Made by a program: the position numbers and the translations under genes
Part shown: positions 7,806-17,351 of the stretch, piece after piece
Position numbering within the stretch: the first letter of the stretch is position 1
Layout of the letters: every line of letters starts with the position of its first letter
The notes under the pieces: generated by a model
What the model saw: the letters and a program-made list of their open reading frames with translations, nothing else
Told to the model about the DNA's origin: nothing
The model's database searches: none
Assembly (NCBI GenBank): GCA_028287625.1
Contig: JAQBPH010000335.1
Coordinates: 1 to 34,118, forward strand
Source: Chloroflexota bacterium
GTDB taxonomy: Bacteria; Chloroflexota; Dormibacteria; Aeolococcales; Aeolococcaceae
Reading direction: 5' to 3'
DNA: 34,118 nt

Positions 7806-9194
7806 ATGGCGGTGCCAGTGAAGCAGGATCCCACCTTCTACCGCTCACCCACGGAGGCGATGGAGGCACCCACCGAGACCCTGGCCTACCTCGTGACGTT
7901 CGACCGGCAGGCCAGGCGTCCCGACCGCCTGGAGGTGCTCGACACCGACCCCACCTCCTCGACCTATGGGAAGGTGGTGGGCGGGCTGGACATGCCCAAC
8001 GTCGGCGACGAGCTCCACCACTTCGGTTGGAATGCGTGCAGCGCGGCGCTGTGTCCAGACCATGGACCGATGGGCGGGTTGGAGCGCCGCTACCTGATCA
8101 TCCCCGGGTTGCGCTCCTCCCGCATCCACATCGTCGACACCAAGCCCGACCCTCGGAACCCGAGGCTGGTCAAGGTCATCGAGCCCGAGGAGCTGGCTCG
8201 TCGCGCCGGCTACAGCCGTCCCCACACAAGTCACTGTGGAGACGATGGCATCTACATGAGTGCGCTCGGCAACGTGGCCGGCGACAGCCCGGGCGGCATC
8301 TTCGTCATCGACGCCGAGACCTTCCAGGTGCTCGGCCCCTGGGAGGTCGATCGTGGACCGCAGCGCCTCGCGTACGACTTCTGGTGGCACCTCGGGCACG
8401 ACACCATGATCACCAGCGAGTGGGGCACGCCGAACATGATCGAGGGCGGCCTCGACCCCGAGCTGCTGCTCGCCTCGAAATACGGCCACCAGCTCCACGT
8501 CTGGGACCTGGCGCGGCGCCGGCACCGTCAGGTGGTCGACATCGGCGCCGAGTACCAGATGGCCCTCGAGCTGCGTCCGGCGCACGATCCCACCAGGGCG
8601 TACGGCTTCATGGGCGTGGTCGTGTGCCTCAAGGACCTCTCGGCCTCCGTCTGGCTCTGGGACCTGGCCGAGGGTGGCTGCACCGTCCAGAAGGTCATCG
8701 ACATCCCCGCGGAGCCAGCCGATCCGGATCTGCTGCCTCCGCTCCTCAGGGACTTCAAGGCGGTGCCACCGCTGGTCACCGACATCAACCTCTCGGTCGA
8801 CGATCGGTTCCTCTACGTATCCTGCTGGGGAACCGGCGAGCTGCGCCAGTACGACGTGTCCGATCCGCGACACCCGCGGCTGACCGGGTCGGTGCGCCTC
8901 GGGGGGATTGTCCGGCACGCCGCCCACCCCGCCTCGGGACCGCTGAACGGCGGCCCTCAGATGGTGGAGGTGAGCCGTGACGGTCGCCGCGTCTACCTCA
9001 GCAACTCGCTCTACGGCGCCTGGGACGAGCAGTTCTATCCCGAGGGCATCCGCAGCTGGGTGGCCAAGCTCGACGCCTCCCCCGAGGGCGGACTCGACCC
9101 CGACCCGGCCTTCTTCACAGAGTTCGAGCAACGCGCCCACCAGATCCATCTCGAGGGCGGCGACGCGTCGTCGGACTCGTACTGGTCCTCGTGA
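7806..9194 (+). CDS. SBP56 / selenium-binding protein family (methanethiol oxidase-like)
   Basis: DPTFYRSP, GDELHHFGWNACS, GYSRPHT, YDFWW, SEWG, GGPQMVEVSRDG, DEQFYP, GGDASSDS. GGAGG/GGAG upstream of ATG 7806. No signal peptide. Confidence 0.93.
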   Translation: MAVPVKQDPTFYRSPTEAMEAPTETLAYLVTFDRQARRPDRLEVLDTDPTSSTYGKVVGGLDMPNVGDELHHFGWNACSAALCPDHGPMGGLERRYLIIPGLRSSRIHIVDTKPDPRNPRLVKVIEPEELARRAGYSRPHTSHCGDDGIYMSALGNVAGDSPGGIFVIDAETFQVLGPWEVDRGPQRLAYDFWWHLGHDTMITSEWGTPNMIEGGLDPELLLASKYGHQLHVWDLARRRHRQVVDIGAEYQMALELRPAHDPTRAYGFMGVVVCLKDLSASVWLWDLAEGGCTVQKVIDIPAEPADPDLLPPLLRDFKAVPPLVTDINLSVDDRFLYVSCWGTGELRQYDVSDPRHPRLTGSVRLGGIVRHAAHPASGPLNGGPQMVEVSRDGRRVYLSNSLYGAWDEQFYPEGIRSWVAKLDASPEGGLDPDPAFFTEFEQRAHQIHLEGGDASSDSYWSS

Positions 9195-9330
9195 ACATGC
9201 CGGCGCCGCGCCGACGCGCGCTCCGGGTGACCGTGGGTTGTCCATGGTGGGACCGGATGACAGACAGACAGGCGGGCTCGGTGCGCCGCAATGCCCGCGC
9301 AGAGCAGTTTCAGCTGAGGAGGTCAGTGCC

Positions 9331-9654
9331 GTGCCTGGGGTCAAGATGATGGTGATGTACCCGCAGCCGACGGATGTCGACGCCTTCGAGAAGGTGTACC
9401 TGGACGAGCATGTGCCCCTGGCCGTCGAGAAGCTGGCCGGCAAGACGAAGATCGTCGCAACCAGGGTGACGGGCTCGCCGGACGGTGCGCCGGCCTTCTA
9501 CCGCATCGCCGAGGTGCACTTCCCGTCGATGGACGCGTTCAAGGCGTGCGCCGGCTCCCAGGAGGGGAAGCTGACGCTCGCCCACGCCTCGGCCATCTCG
9601 ACCGGGGGCCCGCCCGTCGTGCTCGTCGCCGAGGAGGAGACGTACACCTTCTGA
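9331..9654 (+). CDS. EthD family protein
   Basis: GAGGAGG RBS before GTG 9331. KMMVMYPQPTDVDAFEKVYLDEHVPL and AEVHFPSMDAF pattern. Confidence 0.85.
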   Translation: MPGVKMMVMYPQPTDVDAFEKVYLDEHVPLAVEKLAGKTKIVATRVTGSPDGAPAFYRIAEVHFPSMDAFKACAGSQEGKLTLAHASAISTGGPPVVLVAEEETYTF

Positions 9655-9717
9655 TTGGCCGCGGGTCGCATTGCCGGCCGGCGGAGTGATGCGAGGAGCG
9701 CAGGGGGTCAAACCGTC

Positions 9718-9912
9718 ATGCTTCGTCTGATTCCGAACCCACCGTCCTGGTTTCGGTGGGTGTTCATCGTGTTCGGCTTGCTGTTGGGGGCTCTCACGGT
9801 GGAGAGCATGGGGAGCGGACGCCCCGTCGAGGCATCGTGGGAGGGGATCGTGGCAATCGGCTGCCTGGTCGCCGCCTTCCTCGAGTTCCGGCGCGTGCAG
9901 AGCAAGGGATGA
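9718..9912 (+). CDS. Small hypothetical membrane protein (2 TM)
   Basis: 64 aa with two hydrophobic segments. Its stop overlaps the next ATG (ATGATG). Confidence 0.5.
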   Translation: MLRLIPNPPSWFRWVFIVFGLLLGALTVESMGSGRPVEASWEGIVAIGCLVAAFLEFRRVQSKG

Positions 9913-11192
9913 TGACCCGCGTCCAGACCGATATCGCCAGACCACGCCTCCTCCGCACCGGCGCCGCGCTCTTCCTGCTGGCCCTGCTGTGCGCCGGCTG
10001 TGGAGGGCAGGAGGCACCCCTCCGGATCGGAGCGGTCTTCCCGCTCAGTGGGCCGCTCGCCGGATATGGCCACGAGGAGTACGACGGCGCTCAGATCGCC
10101 GCCGACATGGTGAACGCCGACGGTGGCGTGGCCGGACGTCCCATCGAACTCGACGTCCGCGACCTCCACGACTCCGATTCCGCTCCGGCGCGCATCGCGG
10201 AGCTTCAGCGCGACGGCGTGCCCGCGGTGCTCGGAGCGTACTCGTCGGCCCTCTCCGTCCCCGCGAGCGCCGCCGCCGCGAGCCGGGGGATGGTGTACTG
10301 GGAGGCGGGTGCGGTTGCCGACCGGCTCACCGGGCGCGGACTGGACCGGGTCTTCAGGGTGGGCGCGGCCGGTGCCAACCTCGGCGACAACTCAGGACAC
10401 TTCGCTGCACGCGAGCTTGCGCCGCGCCTGGGTCGCAGCCCCTCCGCGATCCGGGTCGGCCTGGTGGTCGCCGACGACGACTACGCCCACTCGGTGGCCG
10501 ACGCGGCCGCGGCGACGGTGCAGGCGGAGGGGATGCCGCTGGTCGACACCGAGGTCTACAGTCCCTACCTGCCACGCTGGGAGCCGGTGCTCGCCGGGGT
10601 GCGCGCTGCGCATCCCGACATCCTCATCATCGCCACCGATGTCCCTCAGGGCGTCGCCTTCCGGCGAGCCATGCTCGCCAGCGGGATCCATGTCGGCGCC
10701 CTCATCGGGTCGACGATGGCCCAGTGCGGCCCCGAGTTCGGCGCCGAGCTGGGGCAGGACGCGGTCGGGGTCTTCGCCTCCGACCGTCCCGGCCCGGGCT
10801 TCGATCCGTCGCGCCTCGCTGCCGCCGGCCGGCACGTCTACGATCGCTTCAGGGCCCGGTGGCGCGCGCGGCGCGGGGGCATTCCCACCGAGGAGGGGTT
10901 GAGCGGCTTCACCGCTGCGTGGGCGCTCTTCCACCATGTCCTTCCCCGAGCGGGTGCCATCGGCGGCGTCGACCCGGCGCACATCGCGGCCGCCGCCCGC
11001 AGCATCGACCTGGCCGAGGGATCGCTGCCCAACGCCGCCGGGCTGCGCTTCGCCACCACCTCCGACCGGCTCGGCCAGAATCTCCGTGCCGCCGCGGTGA
11101 TCTGGCAGTGGCAGGCGGTTCGGGAGAGCGTGGTGGTCTGGCCGGGTGCGTACGCCACCGGCCGGCTCGCGATGGTGCCGCTGCCGCGGTGA
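9909..11192 (+). CDS. Lipoprotein substrate-binding protein, branched-chain amino acid (LivJ-like) family
   Basis: Lipobox CAGC, LRIGAVFPLSG, VNADGGVAGRPIEL, VLGAYSS, C-terminal VVVWP. Confidence 0.88.
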   Translation: MMTRVQTDIARPRLLRTGAALFLLALLCAGCGGQEAPLRIGAVFPLSGPLAGYGHEEYDGAQIAADMVNADGGVAGRPIELDVRDLHDSDSAPARIAELQRDGVPAVLGAYSSALSVPASAAAASRGMVYWEAGAVADRLTGRGLDRVFRVGAAGANLGDNSGHFAARELAPRLGRSPSAIRVGLVVADDDYAHSVADAAAATVQAEGMPLVDTEVYSPYLPRWEPVLAGVRAAHPDILIIATDVPQGVAFRRAMLASGIHVGALIGSTMAQCGPEFGAELGQDAVGVFASDRPGPGFDPSRLAAAGRHVYDRFRARWRARRGGIPTEEGLSGFTAAWALFHHVLPRAGAIGGVDPAHIAAAARSIDLAEGSLPNAAGLRFATTSDRLGQNLRAAAVIWQWQAVRESVVVWPGAYATGRLAMVPLPR

Positions 11193-11776
11193 CGGCGACC
11201 GTCCCGCGCGACACCGCCGCCACGGTCGGGCGCCTCATGCTCATCGTCGGCGCGCTCGTCGCGGCGATGAGCATCCGCGTCGTCCTCGGCAGCACCTCCT
11301 CGCTGTCGGGCCTCGTCTTCGCCGTCCTCGTCGGGGGAACGGCCGTCGTGGCCGGCTGGCGACCGGCGGCTCCACGACCCATCGCCATCGCGACGGGCGT
11401 CGCCGGAACCCTCCCTCTGTGCGCTGTGCCGCTGGCGCTCCGGCTCGGCGGTCACGCGTTCGTGCTGGGTCCGCTTCCGCTGGCGCTCCTCCCCGGCTGG
11501 GCCGTGCTCATCCTGCTCATCTCCGTCGCCGAGGAGGCGCTGCTCCGGGGAGCGCTCTTCGACGTGATGACCGTCCTGGCCGGAGAGGTGGCGGCCGTCG
11601 CGGTGGCAGCGATGACCTTCGCAGTGCTTCACGTTCCGATGTACGGCTGGTGGGCCGTGCCCATCGACCTCGCCGCCGGCGTGTGGCTCGGCGGCCTCCG
11701 CCTCGCCACCCGCGGTGTCGCGGCGCCGAGCACCGCCCACGCCCTCGCCGACCTCGCATCCTGGTGGCTGCGGTGA
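11189..11776 (+). CDS. CPBP (type II CAAX/Abi) intramembrane glutamic endopeptidase
   Basis: GTGA overlap. Motifs EEALLRG, FAVLH and AHALAD in a multi-TM protein. C-terminal part of ORF 9989..11776. Confidence 0.85.
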   Translation: MTATVPRDTAATVGRLMLIVGALVAAMSIRVVLGSTSSLSGLVFAVLVGGTAVVAGWRPAAPRPIAIATGVAGTLPLCAVPLALRLGGHAFVLGPLPLALLPGWAVLILLISVAEEALLRGALFDVMTVLAGEVAAVAVAAMTFAVLHVPMYGWWAVPIDLAAGVWLGGLRLATRGVAAPSTAHALADLASWWLR

Positions 11777-12519
11777 GCCGGCGGGGGTGGCGCTCCGGGG
11801 GAGTCCTCGCCACCGGGATCCTTCTGCTGGCCCTGGCCTGGTGGCGTGCGCCGCTCGCCTCGCCACCACTCTACGAGGGGCAGCCGGTCGCGGAGCCCTA
11901 CCGCTATCTCCACGCACCGCCGGGGTTGGAGTCCAGGCTGCCGCCGAACACCGGCCACGTCACGCTCCCGCTCTATGGCGGGCAGAGCCCGGCGGTGGCC
12001 CTCGGCACCGAGGAGGCGCCCTCCCAGGCGCAGGTCCTCGCTCCGGCAAACGCCTTCGTCGCGCCTGCGGGAGCGCACTCGATCGACGTCGACGTCGCCG
12101 CGGTCGGGCCCCCGGCGGCGCTGCCGGAGGGCGATCAGCTCGACGGCAACGTGTACTCCATCACCGTCACCGCCGGCACCGTTCCCCTGGCCATCCGCCC
12201 GGGTCAGGTGGTGACCGTGATCCTCCGCAGCCCCGCGGGAGCCCAGAACCCCACGATGCAGCTGTACGCCGGAGGCCACTGGACTACGCTCACCTCCCGG
12301 CCGCTCGGTCTCGGTGGGACCGGTGCCGAGAGCTTTGCCGCCAACGTCCCCATGCTCGGAGCCGTCGCTCTGGTCGCGGCGGGACAGGGGGGAGGCGGCG
12401 GCTCCGGATCCCTGCCGCTCCTCGTGGCCCTCCTCGTCGCCGCGCTCGCGATCGCCGGTGGGGTGCTGCTCCTGATCGGCAGCCGCAGGAGGCGGAGAAG
12501 CCATGAATACGAAGAGTGA
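11773..12519 (+). CDS. Secreted protein with C-terminal TM anchor, function unknown
   Basis: GTGA overlap. N-terminal signal, PPLYEG...EPYRY, beta-rich body, Gly linker, TM helix and RRRRR tail. Confidence 0.7.
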   Translation: MSRRGWRSGGVLATGILLLALAWWRAPLASPPLYEGQPVAEPYRYLHAPPGLESRLPPNTGHVTLPLYGGQSPAVALGTEEAPSQAQVLAPANAFVAPAGAHSIDVDVAAVGPPAALPEGDQLDGNVYSITVTAGTVPLAIRPGQVVTVILRSPAGAQNPTMQLYAGGHWTTLTSRPLGLGGTGAESFAANVPMLGAVALVAAGQGGGGGSGSLPLLVALLVAALAIAGGVLLLIGSRRRRRSHEYEE

Positions 12520-13366
12520 CAAGGGCGAGATGCAGGCCGTGATGATCGATCAGCAGGTGACCCGATCCGCCATGACCAGGACCGCGGAGCGGGTCGTCGA
12601 ACTCATCCGCTCCCTCTCCGGGGACACCGACGTCGCTGTCCCCCGATCCGAATGGACGGTGGGCCAGGCCGCGGCCCACCTCCTGGTCGTCTGCCGGGTG
12701 TTCACCGATGCCGCCGAGGCCCACGAGGGCCGGTGGCTGCCGTACGTCCCCGACATGGCCGAGTGGCGGCAGCGTCTTGCAATGTTCAACGAGCGCACGA
12801 TTGCGCACGTCATGGGAGACACCGACGGGCTCGCCGACGAGCTCGCCACCGCCATGCGGGCCTTCCTCACGGCGACGGACGGTCGATCGGGCGATGACCG
12901 TCTCGGCACCCCCTGGTACGGCACCGGAGCCACCCTCACACTCGATGCGGTGAACGGCCTCGTGCTCGGCGAGCTCACGCTGCACGGCTACGATATGGCC
13001 CGGGCCGTGGGCATCTCCTGGCCGCTCGACCCCGAGCACGCTCGGCTCATCATCGGGGGCGTGTTCCCGGCGATGATTCCGCTGATCGCAAAGCCGGACG
13101 CCATCCGGAGCGTGACGGCGTCGTATGACATCTCGGTCCGCGGCGGACCGCGCTTCGTCGTCGCCTTCGAGCGCGGCCAGGTGTGTGTGGAGCCCTTCAC
13201 ATCGCAGCGAGTGGACTGCCACATTCAGGGCGACCCGGTGACGTGGCTTCTCGTCGGCTACGGGCGAGTGCCGCAATGGGGGCCGATCGCCCGGGGCAGG
13301 CTTCGGGCGTGGGGTCGCAGGCCCTGGCTGGGCCCGAGGTTCAAGGGCCTGCTCTCCAATCCGTAG
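12503..13366 (+). CDS. DinB/maleylpyruvate isomerase (MDMPI) family protein with C-terminal SCP2-like domain
   Basis: WTVGQAAAHL and ELTLHGYDMARA metal-binding motifs. C-terminal VDCHIQGDPVTWLL...GRLRAWG. Confidence 0.85.
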   Translation: MNTKSDKGEMQAVMIDQQVTRSAMTRTAERVVELIRSLSGDTDVAVPRSEWTVGQAAAHLLVVCRVFTDAAEAHEGRWLPYVPDMAEWRQRLAMFNERTIAHVMGDTDGLADELATAMRAFLTATDGRSGDDRLGTPWYGTGATLTLDAVNGLVLGELTLHGYDMARAVGISWPLDPEHARLIIGGVFPAMIPLIAKPDAIRSVTASYDISVRGGPRFVVAFERGQVCVEPFTSQRVDCHIQGDPVTWLLVGYGRVPQWGPIARGRLRAWGRRPWLGPRFKGLLSNP

Positions 13367-13376
13367 GTGGACGCAC

Positions 13377-14270
13377 GTGCTGGCCTTGCGGTATCGCTGG
13401 TGGATGGTGGTCGCGGCGATTGCGATCGTCGCGTCCCTGGCTTTCGTCACCTGTCAGGCGGTCGCCTCACGCGCGTCGGTCACGACCTATGCGGACGGGC
13501 CTGGTCCGAGCAGGCTTCGGGTCCTGTTCATCGGCAACAGCCTCACCTACGTCAACTCGATGCCCGGGATCGTCGCCGGCATGGTCCGATCACGCCACCC
13601 CGAGCTCGCGCCCAGGCTGGTCATGGTTGCGGCGGCCGGGTACTCCCTGGAGGAGCACAACGCGAACGGGCGCGCCGCCGAACTGCTGCGTGAGAACCGG
13701 TGGGACGTGGTCGTGATCCAGGAGCGGGGCGGCTACGCCATCGATCATCCCGCGGAGACGCGTCAGTACGCGGGTCTCCTCGCCGGCGCGGCCCGGCGTG
13801 CGGGGGCGGTCCCGCTGCTGATGGTGGACTGGTTTCAGGCGAGTTCCTCGGAGCCCCCGGGAGCCGCCATCACGGCGATCGCCACGCGGCTGGGCGTGCG
13901 CACGCTGCCGGTCGGACCGGCTCTTGCCCGCATCCACCACGACCTGCCCGACGTGGAGCTCATCGTCTCCGATGGCCAGCACCCGTCCCGGTCGGGCTCG
14001 TATGCGATCGCCTGCATCGCCTACGCGACCATCCTCCATGAGAGCCCCGAGGGGCTCCCCACCCGATTCGACCTTGTCGAGCCCGACGGCCGCGAGCAGG
14101 TCGGCGGAGGGCTCGACGCGGTCACAGGCAGACGGCTGCAGGCTGATGCGTGGCAGGCGATCGCCAGCAGTCCACCGACCGACTGGCGCCCGCAGTCGCG
14201 AGCAGGAAGCCGCCGGCAGGTGGCGCTGCGGACATCGCCGCCACGTCGATGGTCGGGCTCGCTGCCGTGA
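13377..14270 (+). CDS. SGNH/GDSL hydrolase family protein, membrane anchored or exported
   Basis: VLFIGNSLTY, WDVVVIQE, DGQHPS (DxxH). N-terminal hydrophobic segment. Confidence 0.85.
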   Translation: MLALRYRWWMVVAAIAIVASLAFVTCQAVASRASVTTYADGPGPSRLRVLFIGNSLTYVNSMPGIVAGMVRSRHPELAPRLVMVAAAGYSLEEHNANGRAAELLRENRWDVVVIQERGGYAIDHPAETRQYAGLLAGAARRAGAVPLLMVDWFQASSSEPPGAAITAIATRLGVRTLPVGPALARIHHDLPDVELIVSDGQHPSRSGSYAIACIAYATILHESPEGLPTRFDLVEPDGREQVGGGLDAVTGRRLQADAWQAIASSPPTDWRPQSRAGSRRQVALRTSPPRRWSGSLP

Positions 14271-14737
14271 TCGGCGTTCCGGGACTCTGCACAGGGGAAG
14301 GTGGCCAAACGGTCGTTTGCACAGTGAGCGACTGGTGCCGGACCGCTGTCAACTGGACTGCGGCTCCACAATGCGGTAAGCTCTTGCCGGACGCGAGCCA
14401 CCTGCTCGCTCGGCAGCCCTCCACACAATGTCCCGCAGATGGCGTATGTCCTCCAGCCAGATGTTCAGACGAGGCGCGGCAGGTGAGCCCGAAGTGCTGG
14501 ACTGTCGGCGGTCGGCGGGTTCCACTGGTGGTGGAGGCTGCCCCGGTATGGGGTGTCGAAGTTCGGCTCCAATCCGGAGTGGCCGTGACGTCACGGCCTC
14601 GATGCAAACCGAGGAGGACCAGTCATGCGAGCGGATGAAGTCAAGAAGCGCGAGGTTCGGGACCACCCCGCACCCCTGGTCGTTCCCCTGCCTCAGCCGG
14701 TCAAGCTTCCGGAACGAGAGGTCGCAGCACCACGTCG

Positions 14738-15313
14738 TTGAAACCGCCGCTCATCGGGTATCGCTGCTGGGTGGCGGACGCGGACGGCAACCTGACCAGC
14801 CTCGTCTACGAGGACTGCACGTGGCCCGTGCACGAGGACATGGTCGCGACCTGCTACGGCGAGTTGCCCACCCCTGTCGACGAGGAGCACCCGGCTCCCG
14901 GGGAGGCATGCCAATGCGGGATCTACGCATGCACGCGCCCCGAACGGATCATGGTGGAGTATCCGACGTTTCCCCTCCTGGGAGCGATCATCGCCCGCAC
15001 CTACCGCCTCAACACCAGGGGCAGCCGTTGGATCACGGCCCTGAGTAGGAAGCTCAAGTGGCGGTCTCCGACGATGGTGGCCGGGGCGGTCCTGTGCACC
15101 GGCGTCGTCAGCTATGGCGACAACGTGATTCGGGCTTCACGGGCCAGGATTCTGTGCCTGACGGATGGCCCCGCCGGCTCCGCTCCCATGGAGGCCGAGA
15201 GAGAGCGCCTGCACCGGCTTGCGCACTGCACCCGGCGCTACGGAGTCCCCGCTGTCCCCTGGGACAGCCTGGCCAGGTACGCCGCGGAATTTGGGGAGGC
15301 TGCGACTGTGTGA
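14738..15313 (+). CDS. Hypothetical protein with GYRxW...HxAPxxxCxCGIYA motif
   Basis: IGYRCW, ATC, HPAPGEACQCGIYA, VAGAV, IRASRA. Stop coupled to the next ATG (TGATG). Start uncertain (TTG). Confidence 0.65.
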   Translation: MKPPLIGYRCWVADADGNLTSLVYEDCTWPVHEDMVATCYGELPTPVDEEHPAPGEACQCGIYACTRPERIMVEYPTFPLLGAIIARTYRLNTRGSRWITALSRKLKWRSPTMVAGAVLCTGVVSYGDNVIRASRARILCLTDGPAGSAPMEAERERLHRLAHCTRRYGVPAVPWDSLARYAAEFGEAATV

Positions 15314-15963
15314 TGGATGAGTCTGCGATGTCTGAGTGGGGTCGACCGGACGCGAGCGGAGCAGAATCGGATTGCGCGTCCACCAGTTCCCGGCGCACGT
15401 TCCTGATCGGTGCCGGCACGGCCCTGGTCGGGGGCCTCATCACCGTCACCACCGAACGTGTGGGTGCCAGCAGTCGATACCCTGCGGCGGGTGGGAGTGC
15501 GAGCTCGGGAGTCTCGCGGACGCCACTCGGCCGGGGACAGGTGACCCGGGGCGCTCCCATGGTGGTGGAGCAGGGGAGCGACCTGGCGGTCGATGCGGTC
15601 GTCATGGCGCCCGGCGGCACCACGGGCTGGCACACCCATCCCGGTCCTGAGGTCATCGTCGTGAGGTCCGGCGTCCTCACCTTTCGACGCTTCGATGGCA
15701 TCACCTGCCAGACGGAGAAGGTGTCGACCGGGCAGGCCTTCGTCGGGGCGGCCGCACACCAGCTGCATGCAGCCGACAACGAGGGCTCCGAGCCCGTCGA
15801 CTTCATCGCCAGCTTCTTCGACGTCCCCCACGGCGGGGCCACCCGCTCCGACGCCAATCCCCCTCCGGGCGGCTGCCACGGGACTCTGCCATCACCGCCC
15901 GGGCCAGGCATCGCCGGGCCGGCTCACGGTGGCGGAGGTGGACCGTCACCCTCGGGTCGATGA
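15313..15963 (+). CDS. Cupin domain protein with Tat-like signal
   Basis: SRRTFL followed by a hydrophobic stretch. Cupin motifs GWHTHPGPE and HAADNEG. Confidence 0.8.
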   Translation: MDESAMSEWGRPDASGAESDCASTSSRRTFLIGAGTALVGGLITVTTERVGASSRYPAAGGSASSGVSRTPLGRGQVTRGAPMVVEQGSDLAVDAVVMAPGGTTGWHTHPGPEVIVVRSGVLTFRRFDGITCQTEKVSTGQAFVGAAAHQLHAADNEGSEPVDFIASFFDVPHGGATRSDANPPPGGCHGTLPSPPGPGIAGPAHGGGGGPSPSGR

Positions 15964-15969
15964 CCTTCG

Positions 15970-16506
15970 ATGACCACCCTCCCCACCCGATCCCACACGA
16001 ACGAGTGTGAGGCTCCCGCCCGGTCGCTGAGCGCATTGCGCATCTTCTTCGGGCTGGTCTACCTCACCAACGGCCTCGCCAAGGTCACCGGCCTGGGGAT
16101 CTTCACACTCGGCCCCTGGAGATCGTTTCTCATCAACTACGACCGCGCGAGGGAGATCCTCCGTGAGGACGCCGCCACCAGCTTCGGCGCGTACCACGAC
16201 CTCGTCACGAAGGTGGTGCTGCCGCACTACGCCGTCTTCGGAGTTCTCGTCACCGTTGTCGAGGTGCTCGTCGGGGTGGGGCTGATCACCGGTCTGTGGG
16301 GCCGGTTCGCCGCCCTCGGTGGCGCTCTGCACACCCTCAACCTCCAGATCGCCGCCCTCGGCCACGGCGAATGGGCCTTCGAGTACCTGGTGGTCATGGT
16401 GCCGCTCCTGTATCTCGCGGTCGTGCCGTCGGGGCATCTGCGGGTGCTCGACCGCGCCCACGGTCTCGTCCGGCCGACCAGTGGCCAGGGCACGGCAGCG
16501 CCATGA
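15970..16506 (+). CDS. DoxX / TQO small subunit DoxD family membrane protein
   Basis: LRIFFGLVYLTNGLAK, EVLVGVGLITGLWGRFAA, four TM segments. Confidence 0.8.
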   Translation: MTTLPTRSHTNECEAPARSLSALRIFFGLVYLTNGLAKVTGLGIFTLGPWRSFLINYDRAREILREDAATSFGAYHDLVTKVVLPHYAVFGVLVTVVEVLVGVGLITGLWGRFAALGGALHTLNLQIAALGHGEWAFEYLVVMVPLLYLAVVPSGHLRVLDRAHGLVRPTSGQGTAAP

Positions 16507-16700
16507 GCCGCGAGCGCCTCCGGCCGTGACGCCCCTCGCGCCGGAGGTGGTCGTGAGTCGCCGGCTCCGGCGAGGTGCGAGACGGCAGGAGCATCGTCGG
16601 CCTGCTGCTGGCGCGAGAACGTCTCGGTCGCCCGGCCCCCGTGAGCGCCTGATCCGACACGGCTCAGCGAGCAGCCGGCCGGCGCGGAATGCTCACGCAC

Positions 16701-17351
16701 TCAGATCAGATGATGCCTGCGGGCGACCGCCAGGGCTTCGACCCGGTTGCGGGCGTCGAGCTTCTCGAGCAGCGATTGCAGGTAGCTCCGCACGGTGCTG
16801 CGGGTGAGGTTGGCGACCTCGCAGATCTCCTCGGTGGACCGTCCCTGCGCCAGGAGCCACAGCATCTGTCGCTCTCGAGGGGTGAGACCCAGGCTCCGGC
16901 CCTCGTCCTCTCGAGCGGGTCTGGAGCGTGAGGCCAGATCCGGCCGGACACGTGCATCGACCACCAGCGCCCCGGCGTGGATGTCGGTCAGGGCCCGGAT
17001 CAGCTCCCCCTCGCGGGTGTCCTTCACCAGGATCCCAGCCGCGCCGGCGTCGAGACACGCGTCGAGGATCTGGTGGTCGACGAAGCCCGTGAGGATCACC
17101 GTCTTTGCCCACGGGGCCACGGTCCGCAGCTGGTGGCAGAGCTCCGCGCCATACAGATCGGGCAGGGACAGATCGGTGAGGATGATGTCCGGTCGCAGGG
17201 AGGGTGCCATCGCGACGGCATCGCGACCGGTGAGCGCCTTCCCGATCACCCGCATGTGGCTGGCCGCCCGAAGGAGATGCTCGATGCCCTCGAGCACGAG
17301 CGGATGGTCGTCCACCAGGAAGATCCCGATGTCGGGCGCGCCCGTGGTCAC
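16701..17351 (-). CDS. NarL/LuxR family response regulator
   Basis: LVDDHPLV, IILTDLSLPD receiver and LTPRERQML...TVRSY HTH. Confidence 0.93.
   Translation of the reverse strand: MTTGAPDIGIFLVDDHPLVLEGIEHLLRAASHMRVIGKALTGRDAVAMAPSLRPDIILTDLSLPDLYGAELCHQLRTVAPWAKTVILTGFVDHQILDACLDAGAAGILVKDTREGELIRALTDIHAGALVVDARVRPDLASRSRPAREDEGRSLGLTPRERQMLWLLAQGRSTEEICEVANLTRSTVRSYLQSLLEKLDARNRVEALAVARRHHLI

Noticed and set aside
14150-14700. Cys-rich ORF 14150..14638 as a RiPP or metallothionein
   Set aside because: No RBS, overlaps the SGNH gene, irregular Cys spacing and atypical codon use. The region is left unannotated.
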